DNA of 64,000 bases. It comes from an uncultured Methanomassiliicoccales archaeon (GTDB taxonomy: Archaea > Thermoplasmatota > Thermoplasmata > Methanomassiliicoccales > UBA472). The stretch is taken from the NCBI GenBank assembly GCA_963695345.1, contig OY968769.1, positions 1,152,001 to 1,216,000 on the forward strand, given 5' to 3'. Numbering within the stretch: the first letter of the stretch is position 1; every line of letters begins with the position of its first letter. Below the pieces are notes generated by a model. It was not told the DNA's origin, made no database searches, and saw only the letters and a list, made by a program, of their open reading frames with translations. Shown one piece after another: positions 31,672 to 45,246 of the stretch. The position numbers and the translations under genes are program-made.

Positions 31672-34600
31672 TTACTCTTCCCCTTCCTCGCCGCCCTCGA
31701 CCCGGAGGGAATCGCCCTTTGCCTCGGTCTCTTCCACCATGCGTTCCTCGCCCTTTCCTATCAGGCGGGCCACGGCGATGACCTTCTCTCCCTCTTCCAG
31801 GCGCTTTGCCCTGACCCCCATGGTCACCCTTCCCAGGACCCGGAAGTCGGAGGCCGGGAACCGGATGATGTTGCCCTTGTTGCTGGCCAGGATGATCTCG
31901 TCCTCCTCGGACACCTCGAGCACGGCGAGCACCTTCCCGTTCCTCTCGCAGACCTTGATGGCCTTCACGCCCTTCCCTCCCCGGTGGGTCTTCCGGTACT
32001 CGTCCCGCTCCTCGGCACCGGGGATCTCCTCTTCGCAGACCTCTTCGGTCTCCTCGATCTCCTCTTCGGCCATCTCTTCGGCGAGGCTCTCCAATGCCTC
32101 GATCCCGTTCTCCTCCGCCACGCCGCGCTTGCCGACGATGGATATCTTTCCGTAGCCGTTCTCGGTGACGGTGAGGAGCTTGGCGTCCTGGGTCACGATG
32201 GCCATGCTGACCACGCGGTCACCCTCGCCTAGCCTGATGCCGCGGACGCCGTGCGCCGGCCGGCCCATGGGGCGGACGTCCCGCTCGGAGAACCTTATGG
32301 CCCGGCCGTTGGCGGTGGCCAGGATTATCTCCTTGGTGCCGTCGGTGATCTTGGTGTCGACCAGCTCATCGCCCTCTTCCAGGCCCACCGCGATGATGCC
32401 GCTGGAGCGAACGTTGATGTACGCCTCCAGCGGGGTCTTCTTGATCACTCCCTTCTTGGTGGCGAACACCAGGTAGCTGTCGCCGCCGATCTCCTTGACC
32501 GGCAGGGTCTTCACCACCTTCTCGCCCTCTTCCAGCTTGGGCAGGAGGTTGACGATCGGCTTTCCTTTGGCGTGGCGGCCGCCGACCGGCAGCTGCCAGG
32601 CCTTGAGCACATAGACCCGGCCCAGGTTGGTTATGAACATGAGCTTGTTGTGGGTCAGCGTGACGAACATGTCGGTCACGTTGTCCTCCTCCTTGGTCTC
32701 CATGCCGATGAGCCCGATGCCGCCGCGTCTCTGTTGCTTGTACGTGTCCAGCGGTATCCTCTTGATGTATCCGTCGGACGTCCCCATGACCACCATGTCC
32801 TCGTTCGGGATCAGGTCCTCGATATCGAAGTCCAGGGCGTTGGCCACGATCTCTGTCCTCCGGTCGTCGCCGAATTTCTCTTTTATCTCGAGCTCCTCGC
32901 TCTTCACGATGCCGAGGATCCTCTCTGTCGATGCCAGGATGGCTTCCAGTTCTTGGACCAGTTTCTCGATCTCGGCGTACTCGGCGCGGAGGGCGACCAG
33001 TTCCAGTCCGGTGAGCTTCCTCAGCGTCAGGTCCAGAATGGCCTTGGCCTGTTCCTCGTCGATGGCCAGGAAATCTATGAGTCCCTGTCTCGCCTCTTCC
33101 GGTGAACCGGCCGCCCGGATGATGCGGATGGTCTCGTCCAGCACGTCGACCGCCTTGATCAGGCCCTGCAGGATGTGGTCCCGCTTCTGGGCCTGCCTGA
33201 GGTCGTACTGGGTCCTCTTCGTGACCACGTTGACGCGGTAGTCGAGGAAGTGCTGCATCATCTCCTTCAGGGTGAGCACCTTGGGCTGGTTGTCCACCAG
33301 CGCGATGTTGATGACGCCGAACGTAACTTCCATCTGGGTATGCTTGAACAGCTGGTTGAGGACGACCTCTTCCATCGCGTCCTTGCGCAGCTCGATGACG
33401 ATCCTCATGCCGTCGCGGTCGGACTCGTCGCGCAGGTCGGTTATGCCCTCGACCTTCTTGTCCTTGACCAGTTCGGCGATGGCCTCTATCAGGGTTGATT
33501 TGTTGACCTGGTAGGGTATTTCGTTCACGATGATGCGCTGCCTGCCCTCGGCCTCTTCCCTGATCGTGCGGGCACGCACCTTGATCTTGCCCCGCCCGGT
33601 CTGGTACGCCTCGATGATGCCATTGATGCCGTAGATGATACCGCCGGTCGGGAAGTCCGGACCCTTTGATGAACTGCATCAGGTCGGAGACCTCCGCCTC
33701 GGGGTGGTCGGCCAGATAGATTATGGCGTCGACAACCTCGCGCAGGTTGTGCGGCGGTATGTTGGTGGCCATTCCGACCGCGATACCGGACGAACCGTTG
33801 ATCAGCAGGTTAGGCAGCTTGGACGGAAGGACGGACGGTTCCTTCAGTGAACCATCGAAATTGTCGACCCAAACGATCGTTTCCTTGTCCAGGTCGTCCA
33901 GCATCTCCTCGGCTGTCTTCTGCAGCCGGCACTCGGTGTACCTCATGGCCGCGGCGGAATCACCGTCGACCGAACCGAAGTTGCCTTGCCCGTCTATGAG
34001 GGGATACCTCAACGAGAACGTCTGGGCCATGCGGACCATGGAGTCGTAGACGGCCGTATCACCGTGCGGATGGTATTTACCAAGGCAATTATGGGCCAGT
34101 ATTCCGTTCGCCACGAATTCGTGGGCTCCGGCGACCTGCATGTCATAGGTCTTCTGTTTCGGGGCGGTCTCGGTGGACTCGACCCTCTGGAAGTAGAGAT
34201 TCTTATCCAGCATCTCTTCCAGGATCGGAGCGAGGTCCGAACCTATCCTCTGCAACTTGGATTGGATGCCCCAATCAACAATCTGGGTCCGGCCCAGGTT
34301 CTTGTCCTTCAGATCGGACGAGTATCTGATCTTCGTTCCGTCCGGGAATTTGATGCCGGCACGGAACTTGCTGCCCTCGGTGTCCTCGTACCATCCGCTC
34401 CCGATATGGCATCTGGACAGTTCAGAGAAGATGACATCTGCCGCGTGTGGTATCTGGTCGAACATCACGATTTTTTGCTGCGCAGCTGATATCCTCTCCA
34501 ACCTTTCCTTCTTCTCATCGCATGCAAGATTCAGCAAGCCGCTCAGTACCTTCGAATATCTTCCACTTGCTTCAAGCGAAAAGAATTCATGGTTCAGTTT

Positions 34601-35823
34601 GGTAAAGTGATCGTTGATCTGGTGGAGTTCAGTGTTATCTGGCTGTGTGTTGTACCGTTTTAGCAATACCCCAAGATGTTGAGATATTATCTGGATCCCG
34701 TCAGCAAGCAACGGAGAAACTGTTCCATAGTGTACCATTGAGCGGTTCGTGTGGATCGATCCGTCGCCGTCAATTAACCCGGAAAGAAGTGCACTTAAGA
34801 CGTTCTTCGGTGACTGATAGAACTGCTCAGGTATGCGTTTTGTCGGTGCCTTCCATGTCTCGTCGATTCCGAAAGCCTGTGCCAGATAGATGTTTAACGC
34901 CTTACAGTTAACTCTCACCTGATATGCTATGCCAACGTAGCCGGGGCCTTGGTTGTGTACTGCATTATAGGTCTTGGCCTCGACTTTCGTATCATATCCG
35001 AAAGCATTCTCGAGAGCGTCTCTGACACGACCAGCAACACTCGCGGATGTTGAAAAGAAATTGAAACGTCCAGCGTTGCTGTAGTTAGCCTCGTACCAGC
35101 CATCCGATAGGAATTGGCCGATCAGGTAGGCGATGTCCTCACCGAGATAGACTGCCTTACCTTCATAGTCAGGCAACCGGACCGGCGACAGATCCTCGGG
35201 ATAGTCCATTCTCATCACGACATGATCTTCGGATGTCAGATCGCTGGCTAATTTCCATTCATATTCTAGCTTGCGATTGATAACCTTGATCATCTGAGAA
35301 GGGGTGGCGGTTAGGCTTACGCCGCTCTCCAAGGTGATCTTGACCAGTTCACGTTCTGGCATCTCGTACAGTTCGGTGACTGGACATTTGCCGATTGAGT
35401 GTAGACCATGTCACCGATTTGAACGTCCTCGATCGGGACCAGACCTTTCTCGGTGAGAACACGGGTACCTGGGACGAAACATTCTCCGACCACCCTGGCG
35501 CTCTTCTTCGGAGCGGATTTCGAGGTGATCCCCAGGTCGTTCATCGCGTAAAGGATCCTCCGGTGCACCGGCTTCAGACCGTCACGGACGTCCGGCAGCG
35601 CCCTACCGACGATGACGCTCATGGCGTAGTCGATGTAGCACTTCTTCATCTCGATCTCGATCGATTTCGGGACCACCTGGAAACCGGCGTTCTTGTCCTC
35701 CGGGACGATAACTGGCAATACAGGAACCTCTGGCGGTTCCGGCATGATCGCGGCCTGCTCTTCGGTCTTCACCGGCTCGACCTGTTCGGCGGGCTTGTTG
35801 TTCTGTTCTTCGTTGTCTGCCAT
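31672..35823 (-). CDS. gyrA: DNA gyrase subunit A, intein-containing (indels near 35390 and 33660)
   Basis: [42 protein letters not shown], GyrA-box-like QRRGGIG and beta-pinwheel repeats. Confidence 0.96.
34088..35481 (-). mobile_element. Intein in gyrA with a LAGLIDADG homing endonuclease
   Basis: Starts CFVPGTRV after ARVVGE and ends [11 protein letters not shown] before C(LGKYHPHG); LIGQFLSDG and [10 protein letters not shown] motifs; lower GC than the extein. Confidence 0.92.
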
Positions 35824-35833
35824 TTAGCTCACC

Positions 35834-38362
<2,529 letters not shown>

Positions 38363-38534
38363 TTATATAAAACAGAAAGGCGTCGCGGTATTTAAATGAT
38401 ACCTTCATCTGGCTATGGTCTAGAAATAATGCCTGGATTGGGGGCGTTTCCGGGCCTTTTCCGCACGATTGCGGACGCCAGTTTGCGAACGGTCCGGGGA
38501 AATGTCTTTTAGACGGGAGTGGGTTTGCCGGAAC

Positions 38535-39809
38535 ATGACTATCATGGAGGCCGCCAAGGGCGGTCCTACCGAGGAGACCGACACGGTCGCCAGGAACGAA
38601 GGGATGGACCCAGAGAAGCTCAGGAGGCTGGTCGCTTCCGGCCGGGTGGTCATCCCGCTCAACCCGATCCACGGCGCCACCGCCGTAGGAATAGGGGAGG
38701 GCCTCCGGGTCAAGGTGAACGTCAACCTGGGCACCTCTCGGGACATCGTCAACGTCGAGGAGGAGCTGGCCAAGGCGAAGCTCGCCGTGCGCTACGGCGC
38801 CGATGCGATCATGGACCTGAGCACCGGCGGCGACATTGACGCCATCCGCAGGCGCATCATAAGAGAGACCCCCATCCCGATCGGCACCGTTCCCATCTAC
38901 CAGGAAGGCCTCCGGGCGGCGCGCAGAAGCGCGGTCGTCGACATGAACGAGGACGACATCTTCAGCGGCATCGAGAAGCACGCCAAGGACGGCGTTGATT
39001 TCATGACCGTGCACTGCGGAATAACGAAGCACAGCGTGGACCGCCTGAAGCATTCCGAACGGATCACCGACGTGGTCTCCCGGGGCGGGTCGTTCCTGGT
39101 GGCATGGATACTGCACAACGGCAGGGAGAACCCCCTGTACGAGCAGTACGACTACCTGCTGGAGATGGCCAGGAAGTACGAGTTCACCCTGTCCCTGGGG
39201 GACGGCCTGCGGCCAGGCTGCCTGCACGACGCCAGCGATGGGGCGCAGATATCCGAGCTGATCATCCTGGGAGAACTGGTCAAACGCGCCCGCAAGGCCG
39301 GTGTCCAGACGATGGTCGAAGGCCCAGGTCATGTTCCCATGGACCAGATCGCGGCGAATGTCCGGATCCAGAAGACGATCTGCGACGGCGCCCCGTTCTA
39401 CGTGCTGGGCCCGCTGGTCACCGACATCGCCCCCGGGTACGATCACATAACCGGGGCCATCGGAGGCGCCATCGCCGCGTCCGCCGGTGCCGACTTCCTC
39501 TGCTACGTTACGCCGGCCGAGCACCTCGGCCTGCCGGACCTGGAGGACGTCAAGGAAGGCCTCATCGCCTCGAAGATCGCGGCCCATGCCGCCGACCTGT
39601 CGCGGGGGATCGACACCGAGAGGGACAACCGCATGGCCCGGGCACGCAAGGCGCTGGACTGGGAGGGCATGTTCGCCGAGTCGCTGGACCAGGAGAAGGC
39701 CCGCCGCTACCGGAAACGGGGGATGACCGAACAGAAGGACGGTTGCTCGATGTGCGGCGACGTGTGCGCCATGAAGATCGTCGGAGAATACCTGAAGAAG
39801 GACTTTTGA
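38535..39809 (+). CDS. thiC: Phosphomethylpyrimidine synthase ThiC (a BzaF-like paralog cannot be excluded)
   Basis: KVNVNLGTS, MDLSTGG, DFMTVHCG, SRGGS, DGLRPG, EGPGH, YVTPAEHL, CSMCGDVC. Confidence 0.88.
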   Translation: MTIMEAAKGGPTEETDTVARNEGMDPEKLRRLVASGRVVIPLNPIHGATAVGIGEGLRVKVNVNLGTSRDIVNVEEELAKAKLAVRYGADAIMDLSTGGDIDAIRRRIIRETPIPIGTVPIYQEGLRAARRSAVVDMNEDDIFSGIEKHAKDGVDFMTVHCGITKHSVDRLKHSERITDVVSRGGSFLVAWILHNGRENPLYEQYDYLLEMARKYEFTLSLGDGLRPGCLHDASDGAQISELIILGELVKRARKAGVQTMVEGPGHVPMDQIAANVRIQKTICDGAPFYVLGPLVTDIAPGYDHITGAIGGAIAASAGADFLCYVTPAEHLGLPDLEDVKEGLIASKIAAHAADLSRGIDTERDNRMARARKALDWEGMFAESLDQEKARRYRKRGMTEQKDGCSMCGDVCAMKIVGEYLKKDF

Positions 39810-39819
39810 TTTTTGAAGA

Positions 39820-39894
39820 TGGAGCCACCGAGGGGAATCGAACCCCCAACCTATTGATTACGAATCAATCGCCCCACCATTAGGCTACGGTGGC
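39820..39894 (-). tRNA. tRNA-Thr (CGU), CCA encoded
   Basis: Reverse complement GCCACCGTAGCCTAATGGTGGGGCGATTGATTCGTAATCAATAGGTTGGGGGTTCGATTCCCCTCGGTGGCTCCA; anticodon loop TT-CGT-AA. Confidence 0.95.
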
Positions 39895-40053
39895 ACTGGT
39901 TTCCCAACAAATGTTCCCATCATTTAAAGGTTTCTTTGAAGTTCCAGCAATGTGTTTTACCTGATCGGCTGGCCTTCAGGCAGTTAGATTTCGGAAATGC
40001 TAACACCGTAGCAAAACGATTTAAGCGCTCCGGCTCATGTTTCCCCGATAACA

Positions 40054-41097
40054 TTGCAGCCTCAGTTCGGTATCCCGCCTGGCGTCCTGGTCGAACAGCG
40101 GCGCGGAGGCCATAAGTCCCTGAGGTCACTCCTTGACATCATGATGGGGGGCCATTTCACCGGATACCTATTGACCGGCATGACGTTGGACGGAGATACC
40201 ACAAACGGCGTCATAGCCATGGATGTCGGAAAGGCGGTCCTGGCGATCTACGCCTTCCGCCCTTCGGGCAACAACAGCGTGGAGATGACCTACCGGGGAG
40301 AAAGAGCGGTCGAGTTCACCTGTGGGGATGCCCTGTGCCCGGAATCGCAGCTCGAACTGCACGCGCTTAAGGACCTGAAGGAGGTCAAGAGGATCATCGG
40401 GGAGACCAGGGACGGGGTCGACCTTCCACATTTTCTCTATAACTTCTACAAGGACAGGCTGGAAGAGGCGGTCCATGAACCGGAACCGGCCTCCCCGGAG
40501 GTCCTGAAGGACCCCTGCCGCCCCGCCGCGCCCCGGGCCGATTCGCTGGACTCGATCAAGGACATGATCATCCAGCATCACAAACTGAAGGCCGAGGGCA
40601 ACACCCGGAAGGCCGGATACCATGAGCTGGAGATGGACATCGTGGAAGGCGAGTCATATCTGGTGGAGGAGCAGACCAGGGACTTCTCCTATGGCATATT
40701 CGCCTCCATGGTGGAGGACAATTACAAAGGGATAGGCATCACCCGGATCAATCCCAGGCTCCTGCGCTCAAAGCTGAACGACGTTAAGCCCCGGATGCTC
40801 TGGCTGACCGACCATGAGTCCACCCAGGAGGAGACGATATCGCCATCGTTGGAGAAGATCATGGTGATCCTGGAGGAGTTCATCCTGAAGAACGAGCAGA
40901 GCGTGGTCCTGGTGGACGACCTGCAATACCTGATAAGCTGCAACACGTTCGAGGGCGCCGTCCGATTCATCCGCAACCTGGTGGACAAGATCTCGGAACG
41001 CTCGGCGGTGTTCCTTCTGTCGGTGGACCCTAACTCGCTGAACGCCCAGGAACGTTCCATCCTGGAAAGGGAACTGCGGGTGGTCCGGGACCGTTGA
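40054..41097 (+). CDS. DUF835-domain protein (inactive KaiC-like C-terminus) with a DUF2226-like N-terminus
   Basis: C-terminal GESYLVEE, GITRINP, LWLT, ISPSLEK, VLVDDLQYLI, LSVDP...LEREL, typical of DUF835. Confidence 0.75.
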   Translation: MQPQFGIPPGVLVEQRRGGHKSLRSLLDIMMGGHFTGYLLTGMTLDGDTTNGVIAMDVGKAVLAIYAFRPSGNNSVEMTYRGERAVEFTCGDALCPESQLELHALKDLKEVKRIIGETRDGVDLPHFLYNFYKDRLEEAVHEPEPASPEVLKDPCRPAAPRADSLDSIKDMIIQHHKLKAEGNTRKAGYHELEMDIVEGESYLVEEQTRDFSYGIFASMVEDNYKGIGITRINPRLLRSKLNDVKPRMLWLTDHESTQEETISPSLEKIMVILEEFILKNEQSVVLVDDLQYLISCNTFEGAVRFIRNLVDKISERSAVFLLSVDPNSLNAQERSILERELRVVRDR

Positions 41098-41115
41098 AGA
41101 ACTAAGTGGGACCGA

Positions 41116-42204
41116 TCAGATCCGTTTCATCTCGGCCTTGAACTCGATGAGCCGGTCGAGCGTTTCCTCGTACTTTTCCCGCTTCATGCCCATGCCGGCG
41201 TCCTTGAGGATCTTCACCATGACGGTCACGTCCTTGCCGTCAGCCTTTGAGTCCAGCAACGTGCTCTTGGCCTTCCTCATCTCGCTCTTGAGCACTTCCG
41301 GCAACGTCTTCATGATGTCCTCGCGGCCCTTCCGCGACAAAATGCCCATCATGCTCCAGTCACCCCGCTCCCCTGCCTCCTGGGCCTCCTTGAGCAGGTT
41401 CCGGGCCTGTCTTACGTCCACGTAGAACCGTTCCGAGTTCTGCACCAGTTTGGCCAACGATTCGCAGATGTCGTGGGCCTCGATGTACTTCCCGGTGACC
41501 TTCTCCGCGGTCTTGCGGCCGTTCTTTGATTCCTCCAGGGCCGCCAGGAGCTCTCCATTGGAGATGCTCTCCTTCATCCGGTTCATGGACTCGGTCATCT
41601 CCGACGTGTCGCCGCCCATGGACTTGGCCACCCCGATGAGCTTTTCCAGGTGCTCGACGTCCCGGGCCAGCCTCTCTTCGATCGCGAACCGCACGGACGA
41701 CCGGCACTCCTTCACGCACTGGACCGCGGTGGCTATGTCCTTCTGCTTCCCGGCGCGCACGGCCTTGTCTATCATCCTGCGGCACTCGGAAGTGTCGATC
41801 TCGAAATCCTTCGCCATGGCCATTAGGGGCTTTACCTCGGCCACCAGCACCGGGAACTGCTTCTTCAGTTCCTCGTTCTGTTCGGCCTCGATGCGGGCCT
41901 GTTCCTGCTGCTTCTTCAGTTCCTCGTTCTGTTCGGCCTCGATGCGGGCCTGTTCCTGATTTGGCTCTTCCTCGTCCTCGACGATGACCTCGAACTTGGC
42001 GCCGCAGGCCGGACATTCCTCGCTGTCGCTGGAGATAAGCTTGCCGCACTCTGGACATTCCGATTCGGAGACCTCTTCGATGACGAACTCCACCCCGCAC
42101 TTGGGGCACCTTGTCGAGTCACCGGAGATGTGCGTTCCACACTCTGGGCAGTCGAACTCGAACGATTCCTTTTCTTTGTCTTTGGATGAACTAGAACCTG
42201 CCAT
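41116..42204 (-). CDS. Double zinc-ribbon plus helical/coiled-coil protein
   Basis: CPECG, CPKCG, CPECG, CPACG at the N-terminus, then repeated amphipathic helices. Confidence 0.8.
   Translation of the reverse strand: MAGSSSSKDKEKESFEFDCPECGTHISGDSTRCPKCGVEFVIEEVSESECPECGKLISSDSEECPACGAKFEVIVEDEEEPNQEQARIEAEQNEELKKQQEQARIEAEQNEELKKQFPVLVAEVKPLMAMAKDFEIDTSECRRMIDKAVRAGKQKDIATAVQCVKECRSSVRFAIEERLARDVEHLEKLIGVAKSMGGDTSEMTESMNRMKESISNGELLAALEESKNGRKTAEKVTGKYIEAHDICESLAKLVQNSERFYVDVRQARNLLKEAQEAGERGDWSMMGILSRKGREDIMKTLPEVLKSEMRKAKSTLLDSKADGKDVTVMVKILKDAGMGMKREKYEETLDRLIEFKAEMKRI
41857..41958. repeat. Perfect 51-bp tandem duplication (in frame, 17 aa)
   Basis: CTGCTTCTTCAGTTCCTCGTTCTGTTCGGCCTCGATGCGGGCCTGTTCCTG occurs twice in tandem. 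Confidence 0.92.
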
Positions 42205-42258
42205 CGAATCACGACTCGACCGCTATTTTGTTTCCGATTGACCTTAGATTATTTATTG

Positions 42259-43090
42259 CTACTTATGTGGGTGCCCTTTCTGAGAATATGCCTGGCCATA
42301 CTCGCCGCTCATCACCAGCGCGTCCTCGACGGGCAGCGGGGTCTCGCATATGACGGTGCACTCCTGCGAGAGGCCGCAAAGGGAGGGGACCAGATGGGAG
42401 AAGTCCGGGTCCTTGGCGCTGAGGGGGAGATGCCGTTTCTCCCCCGCCTTGGTGTACTCGATGCAGCTGTAGTGGCAATGCAGTCTCCCCGGCCATATGC
42501 GGACCAGGTCGTCCACGACCTTGCGCGAAGTCGTCCGGGGTCCGCAGTGAACCGCCATACCGGGCATGTATGTGGGCGAAGTCGACCACCGGCTGCACCC
42601 CCTTCAGCGAGCGCGTCACCACGCCGATCTCCTCCAGGGTGCCCCAGGTGCTGGCGCGTCCCATGGTCTCCAGACCGAGCACGACGTCCAGGCCTTCCTT
42701 CCCCATCTGGTCCAGGCATTCGGACAGGCCGCGCATCACCGCTTCGGTGGCCACCTCCGGTTCCTTGCCAGCGTATGTGGCCGCGTGGATGACTATGATC
42801 CAAGCACCGGCCTTGGCGGCCACCCGGGCGGTGCGCAACACCCATTCCTTGCTCTTCAGGTAGGTCTCCGGGACCGAATTGAAGCTGATGTAGTACGGGG
42901 CATGGGCGCTCAATCTCACGTCCAGTTCCTCCGCCTTTCGCCTGATGGCATCGGCCCTCTGATCGCTCATGTTGACCTGACGGCCGAACTGGAGCTCCAG
43001 GGCGTCCAAGCCCCGGTTCCGGACCATCTCGACGGCGTCCGCCCCATCCTTCGCACCCTCCGGATAACCCGCCGGTCCGAACCTCACCAT
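42259..43090 (-). CDS. nfo: Endonuclease IV / AP endonuclease (TIM barrel; indel near 42525)
   Basis: RFGPAG, SAHAPYYIS, IHAA, LETMG, DFAHIHAR, HCHYS...RH, ICETP. Confidence 0.85.
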
Positions 43091-43188
43091 GGTGGCGCAT
43101 CATCTCCGGCTGATATATGATTTGACCCAACGGGGCAGGGCGGGACTCAAAAAGGCTATCTATTCGGTAAGCCCCTAGTATCCCTGGA

Positions 43189-43677
43189 GTGGATATGGAG
43201 ACCGAAGGGGTGCCGGTGGAGATACCGCCTGACTGCAACGTAATCATAGGGCAGTCGCATTTCATCAAGACGGCGGAGGACCTGTACGAGGCGATGGTCA
43301 ATGCAACGCCGTCGGCTAAGTTCGGCATAGCCTTCTGCGAAGCATCGGGCCCCCGGCTGGTACGCGTCGAGGGCAACGATGAGGACCTGAAACGTACAGC
43401 GGCGGAAAATGCCATGCGGATCGGGGCCGGGCACACGTTCGTGATCCTGATGAGGAACGCCTTCCCGGTGAACGTCCTCGGCGCCATCCGGGCCGTGCCC
43501 GAGGTATGCTCCATCTTCTGCGCCACCGCCAACGAGCTGAAGGTCATCGTCGCCAAGGACGGCGACGGCCGCGGCGTGATCGGGGTTATCGACGGCAAAT
43601 CGCCAATGGGAGTGGAGAAAGATGAGAACGTCAAAGAAAGAAGAGAATTCCTCCGCAGGATCGGATACAAGCGCTGA
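43189..43677 (+). CDS. Adenosine-specific kinase family (DUF355) protein
   Basis: NVIIGQSHFIKT, FGIAFCEASG, GAGH, IFCATAN, GVIDG, FLRRIGYKR. Confidence 0.88.
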   Translation: MDMETEGVPVEIPPDCNVIIGQSHFIKTAEDLYEAMVNATPSAKFGIAFCEASGPRLVRVEGNDEDLKRTAAENAMRIGAGHTFVILMRNAFPVNVLGAIRAVPEVCSIFCATANELKVIVAKDGDGRGVIGVIDGKSPMGVEKDENVKERREFLRRIGYKR

Positions 43678-43679
43678 CG

Positions 43680-44446
43680 ATGACTATCTGGACCAGTACG
43701 AGGTCACCGCAAAGTACTACGATATTTGGTATGAGGACTTCATCGAGGACGTCGAGTTCCTGAAGCGCATGGCGGAGCGCACCGGAGGCCCCATACTGGA
43801 TTGTATGTGCGGGACCGGCCGGACGCTGATCCCGCTGGCCAAGGAAGGCTACAAGATATCCGGATTTGATGCGTCGGAGGCGATGCTGGACAAACTGACG
43901 GCGAAGATCGAGACCCTGCCGGAATCGACCCAGGAGAACGTCCAGATCGGCCACGGCGACGTCAGGAACTTCGTCTGCAAGAAGAAGTTCAAACTGGTCA
44001 TCATCCCGTTCAACGCGTTCCTGCATCTGCTGGAAACGGAGGAGCAGGAGGCGGCCCTGAAGAACGTGGTCGACCACATGGCCAAGGACGGGCTGTTCAT
44101 CTTCAGCATATTCAACCCGAGGCTCGACCGGCCTGAGGGCCTGCTCCGGCACCGCGGTACCAGGATCACCTCGCAGGGGGAGATCATCACCAAGATGGAG
44201 GCGCAGGAGTTCAACACGCCCGAGCAGACCACCACGATACACTACTTCTATGACATCTCGCGGCAGGACCAGCAGCTGCGCCGGGTGAGCGCGGTGATGA
44301 CGCTCCGGTACATGTTCGAACGCGAGGTCGTCGACCTGATGGAGCGCTGCGGGCTGGAAGTGGCCGAGGAGTACGGCGACTACCTGCTCTCCCCATTCAG
44401 GAAGACCAGCGATATCATGGTGTTCGTGGCCAGGAAATCGGCATGA
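43680..44446 (+). CDS. Class I SAM-dependent methyltransferase (start uncertain)
   Basis: AKYYD, ILDCMCGTGR, GFDASEAML, GDVRNF, PFNAFLHL. The ATG at 43680 needs a 1-nt correction; the ORF track starts at 43622. Confidence 0.82.
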
Positions 44447-45246
44447 GGGTAGGGCCTATCGACCTCGACAGCACCCTCGGCTGTGGCCAGGTGTTCCGCT
44501 GGCGCAAGGAGGGCAACACCTGGAGGGGCGTCCTGGGAGAGGCCGAGGTGCGCCTTTGCCAGACGGGGGATGGCATCAGCGTGGACGGTGACGTGGAGGA
44601 GCGTGCGCTGAAGCGCTATTTCCGTTCCGATGATGATTTGGACCTCATCCGTTCCGAGATCGCCAAGGACCCGATGATAAGCTCGATGGTATCGAGCAAC
44701 GCCGGACTGCGGCTCATCCGCCAGGACCCGTGGGAGTGCGCGGCTTCCTACATTCTCGCGACGAACGCCAACATACCGCGGATACAGAAAATGATCGAGA
44801 ACGTCTGCCGCACCTTCGGCGACCGTCTGCCGGGCGGCTCCTATTCGTTCCCGCGCCCGGACCAGATCAGCGGAGGAGGGCGGGAGGCTCAGACCTGCGG
44901 GCTCGGATTCCGCTGCGACCGGTTCGTGGAGTTCGCCAGAATGGTGGATCGCGGGGAGATCGACCTCGGATCGCTGAGGAACGTGGACTACGAAACGTGC
45001 CACCGGGAATTGAAGTCCTACCCCGGGATCGGCGACAAGGTGGCGGATTGCGTCGCCGTCTTCAGCTTGGACCACCTGGAGGCGTTCCCGGTAGATGTCC
45101 GGATCAAGAAGGCGATGGAGGAGATGTACGGGGTCACCGGCACCTACCGGCATGTTAACAAGTACGGGCGGGACTACTTCGGCAGATTCGCTGGATATGC
45201 CCAAGAATACATCTATTATTCATTCCAGCGGAAACGACCTCTCTAG
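44443..45246 (+). CDS. ogg1: 8-oxoguanine DNA glycosylase (Ogg1-type HhH-GPD)
   Basis: TLGCGQVFRW, GLRLIRQDPWE, NANIPRI, PGIGDKVADC, FPVDV, AGYAQEY. Confidence 0.88.
   Translation: MRVGPIDLDSTLGCGQVFRWRKEGNTWRGVLGEAEVRLCQTGDGISVDGDVEERALKRYFRSDDDLDLIRSEIAKDPMISSMVSSNAGLRLIRQDPWECAASYILATNANIPRIQKMIENVCRTFGDRLPGGSYSFPRPDQISGGGREAQTCGLGFRCDRFVEFARMVDRGEIDLGSLRNVDYETCHRELKSYPGIGDKVADCVAVFSLDHLEAFPVDVRIKKAMEEMYGVTGTYRHVNKYGRDYFGRFAGYAQEYIYYSFQRKRPL

Noticed and set aside
38400-38534. TPP riboswitch upstream of thiC
   Set aside because: No CTGAGA or other conserved TPP aptamer core is visible.
45243-45246. Convergent genes sharing palindromic stop codons (CTAG here, TTAA at 4875-4878)
   Set aside because: A common result of compact genome packing with no evidence of special function.
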